Shown: positions 18,181 to 28,533, counted from the stretch's first letter. The stretch: 34,979 nt of DNA from a virus (IMGVR_UViG_3300040816_000414:1-34979), one strand, 5' to 3'. Notes: generated by a model not told the origin, from the letters alone. Program-made: numbers and translations.

Positions 18181-20375
18181 TATCCTTTTCCTGTTATCTG
18201 ATTAAATTTTGCTTTTGCATCGTTAAATGCTCCTGTGTTAGCACCTACAGATTTTTTAAAGTTATCTACTGCATCGCCACCAACTCCAAACTGCTTTTCT
18301 AAACTGCCTGAAATGGCATTTTCTATATTACCAAGATCTAATTGTGCCATTTTATCTTTAATATCCAGCGGCAAATTATTTAAAAAGTCTAAACTAAACA
18401 TACCTTTAAGTTTATCAAAGTTTACTAATTGTTTAACTTTATCTTGTAGTTGGTCAATTTGTGCTTGGAATGGTAATGAAGGAAGTTTAGGCAATGTAAT
18501 ACCCATTAACGATGCAAGTTTTTTACCTGCTTCTAGACCATTAAGGTTTAACTCACCGGATAATAAAAATGCTGAAATTGGATTTCCTATTACATCTTCA
18601 TATACGCCTCTAGCATCTGATAAAGCATCAGTTACGCCTGAGGCTTTATTATTAATATCACCTACTGTATCTGAAAATTTTGTACCTAATTTTGTTCCTT
18701 CTGGAGTGTCTACATCTGCAGGTACACTATCAGTAGGGTCTATTTGTCCGGGTCGTAATTCTTTATCAACTGATACATCTTCTTTTTTGTTTTTATCATC
18801 TTTATCACCTGCAGGATCATAATTTACATGACCGCTCCATGGCTCTGCTGTTATAAGTTGACTAACTATAGTTTCTATTTTATCACCTTTCTCAGGACGT
18901 TTACCTCCTGTAGGTAAAATTGGCCCTTCACCTGAATCGTTATACTCAGGAGCCTTCCTGCTTTGATCTTGTTTCTTAGAAAATTGTAGTGGTGTAGCCG
19001 CTTGTGCCTTTGGTGGTAAAGGTGGCGGTGGCGGAACTGCTGGTAAACTATTTAACTGTACTGTGGCACCTCTGACCTCTGTGATAGCAACACTTTTCAT
19101 ACTTGAACCAAGTACACTATCAATAGAAGCCGCACCTGTTGTTGATAAACTTATTCCTCCTAATGCAGGATTAAATATATTATTTGCAACAACATCAAAT
19201 TTTCCTGTATCATTCATTATTCTACCACTAGCACTTAATTCTATATCACCTGCCTGTGCAGTAAATTGAGCACTCTTTTCTGATAGTAAACTTGTTGAAC
19301 CTTTTGAATGTAACTTAATATGGCCAAAGCCAGTGCTGTCTAGTCCTAGTACACCTGCTATTCCGCCTCTTCCCCTATAACCGTCAGCATCGTTATCACC
19401 AGCCGCCATTAGATTAATGTCTTGTCCGGATTCAATATTGATATTTTTATCTGCTCTTAGATTAAAATTATTTTTTGCTCTAAAATTAATATCTTTATCA
19501 GCAAAGAAATGAATAGAACCGTCGTTTCCTAATTCGACCCATGCTTTACCTGATTTGTTTATGAGATATATTACACCTGTATCATCATCTAATAAGATCT
19601 GATTTCCGCCGCCTGTTCTAATTCTTATGTTTTTACTATTTGCATCGCCATCGCCATCATCCATTACAATACTATGGCCAGCATGTGTAAATTTTCCATC
19701 TGGATTTTTTCTACCTTTAGTTAAAACTCCCCAAATATTACTAGCATCCTCTCGTCTAGCACTAGATGAACTTACGCCTCGTAATGGATCTAATGCTAAG
19801 CCTTGATTTACTATGCTCTTTGATAGAGGATTATTTACAGGGTATAATTCTTTATTATTTGTTTCGCCTTGATCTTTTGGTTGTTTTTCTACAGTTGGTA
19901 GTAGGTAATCACCGCTCTGATACGTAAGGTCTCCAGCATTACCTGGTATCATTTTATTTTTTTCTGTTAAATTATAATAACCTACAACAAATGCTGATTT
20001 TACACTACCGTCTACTATAGCAACTAGTACTCGGTTACCTGGTTCAGGCGCCTGAGTCCACATACCGTAACTAGTTATAGGTTTTTCAGATTCGGTAGGG
20101 TCGTCTATATTTTTATTTACGTTCATGTTGCCGTAAAATGGTCCAGCATATCTGGCCATAATGCCGCCTATACTTGCTTTGTTTGTAGGGCTCTTATGAA
20201 AGTTATCGAGAAACACATTAATTGTGCCGTCTCTTCTATTAGATGAATTTCCATTAACAACACCAGAATAAACGCCAGGTGGTATCTTAGAAAGATTTTC
20301 TGCTTTTTCTGTTAAGTTTTTGCTTGATCGGATACTGGCATTAACCATTCCGTCATTTTTACCATCCATACTCAA
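18180..20375 (-). CDS. Baseplate central spike, gp5/VgrG-like (731 aa)
   Basis: An OB-fold-like N-terminus (YSGVV...SYGMWTQAPEPGNRVLV) is followed by GHSIVMDDG...IRIRTGGGNQILLDD...WVELGNDGSIHFF and beta-helix-type repeats (DINFRAKNNFNLRADKNINIESGQDINL). Confidence 0.8.
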   Translation of the reverse strand: MSMDGKNDGMVNASIRSSKNLTEKAENLSKIPPGVYSGVVNGNSSNRRDGTINVFLDNFHKSPTNKASIGGIMARYAGPFYGNMNVNKNIDDPTESEKPITSYGMWTQAPEPGNRVLVAIVDGSVKSAFVVGYYNLTEKNKMIPGNAGDLTYQSGDYLLPTVEKQPKDQGETNNKELYPVNNPLSKSIVNQGLALDPLRGVSSSSARREDASNIWGVLTKGRKNPDGKFTHAGHSIVMDDGDGDANSKNIRIRTGGGNQILLDDDTGVIYLINKSGKAWVELGNDGSIHFFADKDINFRAKNNFNLRADKNINIESGQDINLMAAGDNDADGYRGRGGIAGVLGLDSTGFGHIKLHSKGSTSLLSEKSAQFTAQAGDIELSASGRIMNDTGKFDVVANNIFNPALGGISLSTTGAASIDSVLGSSMKSVAITEVRGATVQLNSLPAVPPPPPLPPKAQAATPLQFSKKQDQSRKAPEYNDSGEGPILPTGGKRPEKGDKIETIVSQLITAEPWSGHVNYDPAGDKDDKNKKEDVSVDKELRPGQIDPTDSVPADVDTPEGTKLGTKFSDTVGDINNKASGVTDALSDARGVYEDVIGNPISAFLLSGELNLNGLEAGKKLASLMGITLPKLPSLPFQAQIDQLQDKVKQLVNFDKLKGMFSLDFLNNLPLDIKDKMAQLDLGNIENAISGSLEKQFGVGGDAVDNFKKSVGANTGAFNDAKAKFNQITGKG

Positions 20376-20377
20376 TT

Positions 20378-23300
20378 TTAATTACCGCCTTTATCCCTTT
20401 GCCATGACTCGTATGCCGCGGCTTCATCACTATTAATTATCCCTCTCTCAAGTAAATCTTGTAGTGTTACTGGATCTCCTTCTCGTATACCTGCTACGAT
20501 TCTATCTCCTGTAAAGTAACCATTTATCCATGCAGGTGATTTATTTTTATCAGAGTCTGTTTCAGACTGGAAGGCAGATTGTCTATCTCTTAGGAAGTCT
20601 TTTTCTTCTAGAGTCATATCATACTCTACCATAGGTTTTAATTGACTAATATCGATTGCTGTTTCTTTTGCTCCTGCAACATCAACAGTAAACAAACCAT
20701 TTTGAAATCTACATGTTGCAGTAAATATTCTATAAACACCTGAGAAGAAATATGCTGTTCCTTCTTCTCCGTCACTATACCATTTTCCAGTATTGCTGTC
20801 TTCATCTTTTACATTCAAATCAAAATATCTAGGAGTATTAATTTCTAATAATAAAAAATTATCTTTTCTTGATGTAGTAATACCGTCAGCATCATTACTT
20901 TTAGAATTAGCATCATTACCAAAAGATAATTCTTGTGTATGAAATAGTTTATCATTTGGCTGTCCTAAGTACCATGGATCTCCTCTGACTACCATGTTAA
21001 GGTCTACTAAAAATCTACCCGAATTCTGTTGTTGAAACAAATATGCCATCAAAGAGTTTCTATTACTTTTTTGTGGGGCTCCCATTACATGTGAATTTGT
21101 ATGGCCTTCTTGTCCAGCCGCTACTGGACCAGAATTTACTTTTTCAGCATCGCTTTCTTTGACATTTTCACTAGTACGTTTTGCTAACTCTTTTTGTAAC
21201 AATTCTTCAGCATGTTTTGAGCCTCCTAAAAGGTCAACACCGTACACATACCCACTAGGAGTAGGAGTATAATCTTCACTTCCGTCTATAATTCTTTGAT
21301 TGTCACTTTCTGTGTTAGTACCAGATTGATTTGATGGGCCTTTTTTATTAAGTAATAAATTAGATATACTTTCTCTAGTGACCTTATCTTGTAGCATACC
21401 TGCAAATGCTTTTGCACTAGAAGAATTTATGTCATTTAAAAGATTTTTTGCTGTGTTAGAATCAAAACCTAATATCCCTGCTATTCCACCTAGGATATCA
21501 TCTTTGCCTTTAAATAGATCAAATAATTTTTTTGCATCTTTAACTTTTTCTACTTTATCAAATAACTCATTAATAGCATTACTGTCTTCACTTGCTGGTA
21601 CAGGAGTTGCAGATGAGTGACGTGTGTTAAGCACAGGATCTCCGACCATGCCTCCTGCAACTGGTAATAAAAAATCTAGTCCTTTATTATAGTTAATATC
21701 TAAACTTACTATTTGGTCGTTTCTTCCAGTAAACAAATAATGATATGCTTTCTTTATTTGCATTTCTTTTACTGCTTTAGCCATTTGCTCTGGGTTATAA
21801 ATTAATCCTTCAGATGTCAATGCAGTAACCTGTTGTGTTTTTACTAGTACAGGCTTATAGATTATTTTTTTAACATATTTTCTTCTTGTTGGATTATACT
21901 CTAATTCAACTACTTCGTAATTCATCGATAATTTATATGTTGATGTTTTAGATTGATCTTCTTTTATAAATGGTTCACCTGGATTAATTACCTTGCTAAT
22001 CTTAGTAAAGAACTCATCGTTCATAGATAATAACATTTCAAAATATTCGTTTATGCCTAAGCCTCGTTTTGCAACTAATTCTATTTTTCCTGTATCAACT
22101 TTCTTAACAAACCCGCTAGATTTATTTTCTTCGATAATTTGTTCTAATTCTTCAGCATTTGGTTTGTCTATTTCGTCTAATCCAGGAACACTTTGAATAC
22201 TAGTTGTTTCTGTTGTACTTAATGTTTCATCTATAATTAAATTTTCTGCTATTCCTGATTGTTTTTTAGATTCGTTTTTAAGGTCTCCTGCTGTACCTCG
22301 TACTTGTTTAGGAATTCTATCAATTGGATTAGGTGTGTTTAGTATATCATTAACTGTATCTTTTGCTTTATTAAATGCATTTAAGTTTATGCCTTTAGAA
22401 AAATCATCTATTCCTTGTTTTTCTTTAGGGTCTATTTGTTGTGCGGCCACTAATCCACTCAAATCAAATTCTATTATGTCTGGTGTTGCATTCTCATTTG
22501 CAGATGATTGTAATTGGTCGTTCAATAGTACTTCTAATCCTGTAGGGCCTTTAACGTGTTCTGTTATAGTACTACCTACAGTTGTTGTTAGTATCGGTAA
22601 TGCTTTTAATTGCGGGTTGTATGCATATTCGTCTGTTACAACTGTATCGAATTGATATCTACTACCTGTTTGATCTATGTTAATGCTAAATTGTTTTAGT
22701 GCAAGTTTATAGATAAATGGACCTACTATGTCTGCTACTATGTTTCCGCCTCCCTCTATGTCATCATAATCAGGCTTCTGAGGGTCACCTCCCGTCTCTG
22801 TTCTACCTTTGAATGAGATCTCTAAAAACAGAGGAAAATCTTTTGTTTCAGTAGGAATACCTAGATATGTTTGTGCCCTTGTAATCATGTCTGGAAACGA
22901 TGCCGCACCAGGCTGTATTATTTCAAACTCGCATGTTTTATTAATAACACTATTAGGACCGCCTGAAACTGTGACTAAATCTATATTGTCTATTGTAATG
23001 CCAGCAGTTGCTCCTGTACTAGCAAGAATTACTGTATTCTCTGGAGATGCCTTAAGAGCACCATTTAAAAAACCGCCTCCTAATTTTTTAGTCTTACTGC
23101 CTTTAGAGTTATCTGCATTATTACCTCGTTTATCTTTTCCATCTGTTGCAGTTTGATCTTCATCAGGCTCTTGTGATGAGGAGGAACTTTCTACGGGCGG
23201 TATCATATACAATGTAGCAACATAAGTAGGCGAATCATAGAAGTCTAATACATTTGGTAAAACTGCTCCGACGTATTTATTATTTGTTGTTGTATCTGGA

Positions 23301-23419
23301 CCAGGTACAGTTTCTCCTTCACTTGGTGCTTCTGGTGTAGTTGATGTGCTAGGAGGACTTTCAGAAGGCGTACCTCCTGCATTTACATCTCTGAATCCTA
23401 TTGCATCTGGATCTGCCAT
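20378..23419 (-). CDS. Putative baseplate hub protein (gp27/gpD-like position), 1013 aa
   Basis: Lies between gp53-like and gp5-like genes. Motifs include KKAYHYLFTGRNDQIVSLDINYN, LNMVVRGDPWYL and FSGVYRIFTATCRFQNGLFT. The function is inferred mainly from synteny. Confidence 0.6.
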   Translation of the reverse strand: MADPDAIGFRDVNAGGTPSESPPSTSTTPEAPSEGETVPGPDTTTNNKYVGAVLPNVLDFYDSPTYVATLYMIPPVESSSSSQEPDEDQTATDGKDKRGNNADNSKGSKTKKLGGGFLNGALKASPENTVILASTGATAGITIDNIDLVTVSGGPNSVINKTCEFEIIQPGAASFPDMITRAQTYLGIPTETKDFPLFLEISFKGRTETGGDPQKPDYDDIEGGGNIVADIVGPFIYKLALKQFSINIDQTGSRYQFDTVVTDEYAYNPQLKALPILTTTVGSTITEHVKGPTGLEVLLNDQLQSSANENATPDIIEFDLSGLVAAQQIDPKEKQGIDDFSKGINLNAFNKAKDTVNDILNTPNPIDRIPKQVRGTAGDLKNESKKQSGIAENLIIDETLSTTETTSIQSVPGLDEIDKPNAEELEQIIEENKSSGFVKKVDTGKIELVAKRGLGINEYFEMLLSMNDEFFTKISKVINPGEPFIKEDQSKTSTYKLSMNYEVVELEYNPTRRKYVKKIIYKPVLVKTQQVTALTSEGLIYNPEQMAKAVKEMQIKKAYHYLFTGRNDQIVSLDINYNKGLDFLLPVAGGMVGDPVLNTRHSSATPVPASEDSNAINELFDKVEKVKDAKKLFDLFKGKDDILGGIAGILGFDSNTAKNLLNDINSSSAKAFAGMLQDKVTRESISNLLLNKKGPSNQSGTNTESDNQRIIDGSEDYTPTPSGYVYGVDLLGGSKHAEELLQKELAKRTSENVKESDAEKVNSGPVAAGQEGHTNSHVMGAPQKSNRNSLMAYLFQQQNSGRFLVDLNMVVRGDPWYLGQPNDKLFHTQELSFGNDANSKSNDADGITTSRKDNFLLLEINTPRYFDLNVKDEDSNTGKWYSDGEEGTAYFFSGVYRIFTATCRFQNGLFTVDVAGAKETAIDISQLKPMVEYDMTLEEKDFLRDRQSAFQSETDSDKNKSPAWINGYFTGDRIVAGIREGDPVTLQDLLERGIINSDEAAAYESWQRDKGGN

Positions 23420-23420
23420 C

Positions 23421-23723
23421 TTATAAACCTGCTATTCTTTTAACAGTATCGCCTGACGGTAATTGTATAACTGTTCCTTCTACAAAATCATTAATAGGGT
23501 CTACTAATACATCTGGATTTCTTAGTGCAAACACCCACCACAGTCTTGTATTATTGTAAATTTTATATGCTAAAAGATCAGGTCTTTTGTGATCAGCACT
23601 ACTTAATGTGTACTCTTCGTCATATAAAGATTTTGGCATTTTTGGTAATGCATTTAAATCTAAAAAGTTTTCGAATGTGCCAGCATTTTTTAAAAAACTA
23701 TCTCTTCTATGAAAGTTAGCCAT
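23421..23723 (-). CDS. gp53: Baseplate wedge protein gp53-like (LysM-like fold), 100 aa
   Basis: RPDLLAYKIYNNTRLWWVFALRN...DP is the gp53/LysM-like motif. Confidence 0.8.
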   Translation of the reverse strand: MANFHRRDSFLKNAGTFENFLDLNALPKMPKSLYDEEYTLSSADHKRPDLLAYKIYNNTRLWWVFALRNPDVLVDPINDFVEGTVIQLPSGDTVKRIAGL

Positions 23724-24646
23724 TATACAAACCCATCCTTATAACTTTCACCAGTAGTAATACCTTTGAGATCAAATCTTTTGCGTTGTTTTTGAGGTGT
23801 GTAAGTTGGCTGTAAATCAATCATCACTGATGTTGACGTAGGCACATATGTGGTTGTAGGTTTTCCCTTTATATTTGTGACTACTGGTACATAGTCTACT
23901 GTATCGGAATATTCAACAGTATAACTTCTTAATACAACTGGTACTTTATTAAAACCATGGTCTCCAAGATATTCAAATAATAGAACCGGTGGCGGAGTAC
24001 CTGCTACACCTCTACCTACTGCTGTATCACCGTATTCAGATTTTGTCATAACTTTTAAAAATGTTAATACTGCTAAAACATATCTTGCTTCATCTATATT
24101 GTTTGCAGTAAAATCTGATGATACAGGAAAATTAGGCGGTGTCGAATTTATATACGACATGATAGGATAATTCATTCCTTGGCCTTCATGCTGATGATAG
24201 TTTGCAGTACCACTAATAAAAAACCTAGGAGTATATTGAAAAACTAAGCCACCTGATTCGATAATAGGCGCCAATAATGCTGATTCTTCAGCATTGGAGG
24301 CAGTTGCTCTGTAAGTAAGTAATTCTCCTGCAGATTTAGGTCGCAACCTAGCACGCCAGTCTTTATTTTCTGCTAAACTGCCTTCATTTGAAACATCTAA
24401 CGCCGCGGCTTGATTACTTTGTTGTGCTAATCTATTTCTTAATTGTAATTCGCTTAAATTTCTTGCACCAAATAACAGGTTTGAATCTGCGTTTCTAGGA
24501 GGACTTGCTAAACCTCCAAAGATATCGCCACCTAGATTTCCTAAAAGGCCACCTACTGCTCGCCTTATTACTGGATTATCTATTGAGCCAAGTTTTTGTT
24601 TAGCCTTGTTTCCAAGATATCCTGATATTAAATTTCCAAATGCCAT
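23723..24646 (-). CDS. Putative tail tube initiator / baseplate tube-like protein (307 aa)
   Basis: LVFQYTP...GTPPPVLLFEYLGDHGFNKVPVVLRSYTVEY...YVP resembles contractile-tail tube initiator proteins. It is the first gene of the baseplate operon. Confidence 0.6.
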   Translation of the reverse strand: MAFGNLISGYLGNKAKQKLGSIDNPVIRRAVGGLLGNLGGDIFGGLASPPRNADSNLLFGARNLSELQLRNRLAQQSNQAAALDVSNEGSLAENKDWRARLRPKSAGELLTYRATASNAEESALLAPIIESGGLVFQYTPRFFISGTANYHQHEGQGMNYPIMSYINSTPPNFPVSSDFTANNIDEARYVLAVLTFLKVMTKSEYGDTAVGRGVAGTPPPVLLFEYLGDHGFNKVPVVLRSYTVEYSDTVDYVPVVTNIKGKPTTTYVPTSTSVMIDLQPTYTPQKQRKRFDLKGITTGESYKDGFV

Positions 24647-24651
24647 ACAAC

Positions 24652-24682
24652 TATTTATCTAATCCATTAACAGATGTTATTA
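24652..24682 (-). promoter_or_regulatory. Late promoter GATAAATA with AAC-ATCT-GTT box
   Basis: Minus strand reads TAATAACATCTGTTAATGGATTAGATAAATAGTTGTATG. Confidence 0.7.
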
Positions 24683-24706
24683 TTATCCAGTTTAACTAAA
24701 TACTAC

Positions 24707-24734
24707 TTGACATACACAAAAGACTGTGTATAAT
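24707..24734 (+). promoter_or_regulatory. Sigma70-type promoter for the gp55-gp47-gp46 operon
   Basis: TTGACA (24707-24712), 16-nt spacer, TATAAT (24729-24734). A GAGGAG Shine-Dalgarno precedes ATG 24774. Confidence 0.75.
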
Positions 24735-24773
24735 ACTAACAATATAAATGAACGATAATTTTGAGGAGAGTTA

Positions 24774-25646
24774 ATGGCACAGCCTAAAAAAGTTAATTAT
24801 CTTAATAACAGAGATATATTAAAAGAAATACACAAAAGCAAAATGTCATACTGCTATCTAGCAGATGAAAAATACAGCATATTTGATATAATTCTAGAAG
24901 ACGTTAAAAAGATCAATAGAAATAGTCTTAAAACTGCTAGAGAAAATCATGTTGCTAGACTACAATATGACGCATATCAGGCCGCAATGGCCAAACATGA
25001 TCCTAAGGATTATAAAAATAAACCTAAACAAAAAGAGTTTGCTGTAGATCCTAAGAGCATTGATAAAGAAAAAATTGTTTTTAGAGTAATGACTATGGAA
25101 CACATTCCAGATGAGCCAGGTAGAAAGAAAAATCCTAAAAATGAAGCAGAAACTAAAGCAAAAGTAAACTTTCCAGCATTTAAACATTATGCTTATCAAG
25201 GTGATGAAATAGTAGAAGTTGCTAGAAGTCATTGGGAAGGCAGTTTAAGTAACGGGCAGTTTAATCCTACTGTTGGTAGTATTACTAACAAATTAGGCAC
25301 AATGTTTTTAAAACTAGTTGAAAGGTACAGTCACAGAGCAAACTGGAGAGGGTACACTTATGTAGACGAAATGCGTGGACAAGCATTAGTACAGTTATCT
25401 CAAATAGGATTGCAGTTTAACGAAGCAAAATCAGATAATCCATTTGCATACTATACTGCCGCTGTAAACAATAGTTTTACTAGAGTATTAAATTTAGAAA
25501 AAAGAAATCAAACTATCAGAGATGATATTTTAATCGACTCAGGCCACTTACCAAGTTATGGTAGACAGATTCAGCATGAAAATGAGATGAAGGCTTTGAG
25601 AGAGTCGGCAATAGAAAACGAAACTACAGACATAAACAACAATTAA
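24774..25646 (+). CDS. gp55: Late-transcription sigma factor, T4 gp55-like (290 aa)
   Basis: Motifs NYLNNRDILKEI, ERYSHRANWRGYTYVDEM and FNEAKSDNPFAYYT...NSFTRVLNLEKR. It has the classic position upstream of gp47/gp46. Confidence 0.85.
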   Translation: MAQPKKVNYLNNRDILKEIHKSKMSYCYLADEKYSIFDIILEDVKKINRNSLKTARENHVARLQYDAYQAAMAKHDPKDYKNKPKQKEFAVDPKSIDKEKIVFRVMTMEHIPDEPGRKKNPKNEAETKAKVNFPAFKHYAYQGDEIVEVARSHWEGSLSNGQFNPTVGSITNKLGTMFLKLVERYSHRANWRGYTYVDEMRGQALVQLSQIGLQFNEAKSDNPFAYYTAAVNNSFTRVLNLEKRNQTIRDDILIDSGHLPSYGRQIQHENEMKALRESAIENETTDINNN

Positions 25647-25647
25647 T

Positions 25648-26664
25648 ATGCCACAACTGTTTAAGACAGCGGCCTGTTTTACGGATATACATTACGGATT
25701 AAAGCAGAATAGCCGTTTACATTTACAAGACTGTGAAAGGTACATAGATTGGTTCATTGCAGAAGCAAAAGCCAGAAATGCAGAAACATGTATATTCTTA
25801 GGCGACTGGCATCACCACAGAGCAAGTGTAAATGTAGCAACAATGAATGCTACTATCAGAGATCTTAAGAAACTTAACAATGCATTTGAAACTGTTTATT
25901 TTATAACAGGTAATCACGATTTATATTATCGTGATAAACGTGAACTTAACAGTATCGAATATGCAAGAGACCTATCTAACTTTGTTATGGTAGATGAACA
26001 CTTCCTACAAGATGATGTTGCTATTATTCCTTGGCTAGTAGGTGATGAACACAAAAAAGTTGCAAAGATGCAATGTAAATATATGTTTGGTCATTTTGAA
26101 TTGCCGTTTTTTAAAATGAACGCAATGGTTGAAATGCCGGATCACGGTGGAATTAAAGCAGACATGCTTAAAGGTCCTGAACTTGTATTCAGTGGACATT
26201 TTCACAAACGTCAATATAACAATAATATACATTATATAGGCAATGCTTTCCCTCATAATTATGCTGATGTAGGCGACGAGGAAAGAGGAGCAATGTTTTT
26301 GACATGGGGAGAAGAACCGCAATATGTAAATTGGACTGAGTGTCCTAAGTATAGAGTGTTTGCACTTAAAGAATTATTAGACAATCATCAAAATCTATTA
26401 GACGAATACACTTATGCTAGAGTAAAACTAGATATCAGCATATCTTATGAAGAAGCAAACTTTATAAGAGAAAAATTTGCTGAACAATATAAAGTAAGAG
26501 AACTACAACTTATTCCTATAAAAGAAGAGGAGGAGTATGAGGGTGGCGAAATAACTTTCGAAAGTGTTGATCAAATAGTTATACAACAATTAGAAACTAT
26601 AGAAAGCAATACAGTAGAATCTCAGAAATTAATAGACATTTATAATAGTATTGAAATAGAGTAA
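25648..26664 (+). CDS. gp47: Recombination endonuclease subunit, gp47/Mre11/SbcD-like
   Basis: Metallophosphoesterase motifs DIHYG, FLGDWHH, ITGNHD, GHFE and FSGHFHKR. Confidence 0.93.
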   Translation: MPQLFKTAACFTDIHYGLKQNSRLHLQDCERYIDWFIAEAKARNAETCIFLGDWHHHRASVNVATMNATIRDLKKLNNAFETVYFITGNHDLYYRDKRELNSIEYARDLSNFVMVDEHFLQDDVAIIPWLVGDEHKKVAKMQCKYMFGHFELPFFKMNAMVEMPDHGGIKADMLKGPELVFSGHFHKRQYNNNIHYIGNAFPHNYADVGDEERGAMFLTWGEEPQYVNWTECPKYRVFALKELLDNHQNLLDEYTYARVKLDISISYEEANFIREKFAEQYKVRELQLIPIKEEEEYEGGEITFESVDQIVIQQLETIESNTVESQKLIDIYNSIEIE

Positions 26665-26783
26665 TGGGCAAATTAAGACAGTGGTTTAGGAATTGGTTTG
26701 ACAGGCAGATAGAACAAAGTATGCAACGTCAAGCAAATAAATTATTTTTAAAAGGACAAAAACGAAAGAATGCTAAAAATTAA
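26664..26783 (+). CDS. Small basic hypothetical protein (39 aa)
   Basis: The ATG overlaps the gp47 stop (TAATG). It reads MGKLRQWFRNWFDRQIEQSMQRQANKLFLKGQKRKNAKN, and its stop lies just inside the gp46 start. It fills the intergenic gap exactly but is below the ORF-track cutoff. Confidence 0.6.
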   Translation: MGKLRQWFRNWFDRQIEQSMQRQANKLFLKGQKRKNAKN

Positions 26784-28533
26784 GAACGTATCAGCAAAGA
26801 ATTTTATGAGTGTTGGTAACAACACACAGGCAGTAAACTTTGATGGTTGTCAACTTACATTAGTTTTAGGCCATAACTTAGACATGGGTGGTGACGGTAG
26901 CAGAAATGGTACTGGAAAAACTACTATAATAAATGCACTCAGTTATGCATTATACGGCGAAGCATTAACAAATATTCGAAAAGATAATCTTATAAACAAG
27001 ACAAACGGCAAGGGCATGATGACCACTGTCGAATTCGAAATAGAAGGTCGTGAATATAGAATCGAGCGAGGAAGAAAACCTAATGTATTAAGATTGTTTA
27101 TAAATGGCGAGGATGCATTAGATAATGAACAGCAGGGCGACAGCAGAGAAACACAAAAAGAAATAGAAAAAATTATCGGTTTTCCACATAACATGTTTAA
27201 GCATTTAATTGCACTAAACACTTACACCGAACCTTTCTTATCAATGAAAAACAACGATCAACGAGATATGATTGAACAGTTATTAGGAATTACTGATTTA
27301 TCTCGTAAAGCAGAAGTACTAAAAGATCGCCAAAAAGATACAAGAGATAGTATCAAAGAAGAAGAAATAACTATCAATACTATAGAGGCAAGTAACAAAC
27401 GTATAGAGTTAAATGTTAAAGAGATAGAAAGTCGTAGTAAGGCATGGGAAAGAAACAAAGAAGATAAAATTATCGAACTGGGTAATGCTATTATAAATCT
27501 AGAGCAAGTTGATATAGAAAAAGAATTAGAAAATCATAAATTATCACATGCTATCAAAGAAGAAAAAGTAAAAGAACAAACTACTACAAAAGATCTTAGC
27601 ACGGCAGAGCGTTCACTTGATAGAAGTTTAAATAAATTAAATGAATTAAAAAATAATTTCGAAGATGCAAAATCAGGCACTTGTCCTGCATGTGGACAAG
27701 ACACAGCACATTTAGAAACACACGAAGAATACACAAAAGAATTAGAAGAAAAGATAGGTGCAGAGCAAATTTATTATGATGAGATTTTTGAAAAAGTATC
27801 AACACTTAAAAAAGAATTAGAAACATTTGATATCCCTGAAGAACCGGTAATCAATTATACATCATTAGAAGATGCACTATCACATAAACATAACTTAGAA
27901 ACATTAAAGTCACAATTAGAAGAAAAAGCAGACGAATTAAATCCATATATTGAACAAATAGAATCTTTACGAAATACAGGAATTCAAAATATAAGTTTTG
28001 ATAAAATGAATGAACTAACATTTTTACAAGATCATCAAGAATTTTTATATAAATTATTAACAAGCAAAGATAGTTTTATTAGAAAGAAAATTATAGATCA
28101 AAATATAATGTACCTTAATCATAGACTTGCACATTATTTGGAAAAACTAGGTTTACCTCATGATGTAAAATTTGCAAGTGATCTTGGTGTTGAAATTACT
28201 GAATATGGCAGAGACTTAGACTTTGATAATCTAAGTAGAGGAGAACGTAATAGACTTATATTAGGTCTAAGTTGGGCATTTAGAGACATGTACGAAAGTC
28301 TTAATAGGCCAATGAACTTAATGTGTATCGATGAACTTATCGATAGCGGAATGGACAGTATGGGTGTAGAGAATGCGTTAGGCATACTTAAAAAAATGCA
28401 TAGAGAACAAGGCAAAAATATTATGCTCATTTCTCACAAGGAAGAACTTGTGGGTCGTGTAAATAATGTTTTAACAGTAGTAAAAGAAGGCGGCTTTACT
28501 GCATACAATACTGATACTGAATATGTTGATTGA
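26770..28533 (+). CDS. gp46: Recombination ATPase subunit, gp46/Rad50/SbcC-like
   Basis: Walker A NGTGKTT, coiled coil, zinc hook CPAC, signature LSRGE, Walker B/D-loop CIDELIDSGMD and H-loop ISH. Confidence 0.93.
   Translation: MLKIKNVSAKNFMSVGNNTQAVNFDGCQLTLVLGHNLDMGGDGSRNGTGKTTIINALSYALYGEALTNIRKDNLINKTNGKGMMTTVEFEIEGREYRIERGRKPNVLRLFINGEDALDNEQQGDSRETQKEIEKIIGFPHNMFKHLIALNTYTEPFLSMKNNDQRDMIEQLLGITDLSRKAEVLKDRQKDTRDSIKEEEITINTIEASNKRIELNVKEIESRSKAWERNKEDKIIELGNAIINLEQVDIEKELENHKLSHAIKEEKVKEQTTTKDLSTAERSLDRSLNKLNELKNNFEDAKSGTCPACGQDTAHLETHEEYTKELEEKIGAEQIYYDEIFEKVSTLKKELETFDIPEEPVINYTSLEDALSHKHNLETLKSQLEEKADELNPYIEQIESLRNTGIQNISFDKMNELTFLQDHQEFLYKLLTSKDSFIRKKIIDQNIMYLNHRLAHYLEKLGLPHDVKFASDLGVEITEYGRDLDFDNLSRGERNRLILGLSWAFRDMYESLNRPMNLMCIDELIDSGMDSMGVENALGILKKMHREQGKNIMLISHKEELVGRVNNVLTVVKEGGFTAYNTDTEYVD

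Noticed and set aside
8645-19657. 17-nt repeat TGCATCGCCATCGCCAT at ~8645 and ~19641
   Set aside because: Both copies encode a GDGDA low-complexity peptide, so this is coincidental coding similarity.
1854-23719. Many 60-195 aa plus-strand ORFs in the track (other than 17352-17555), and the minus-strand 8428-8670 ORF
   Set aside because: They are antisense or alternate-frame shadows of long structural genes, with S/L/I/F-biased composition and no expression signals.
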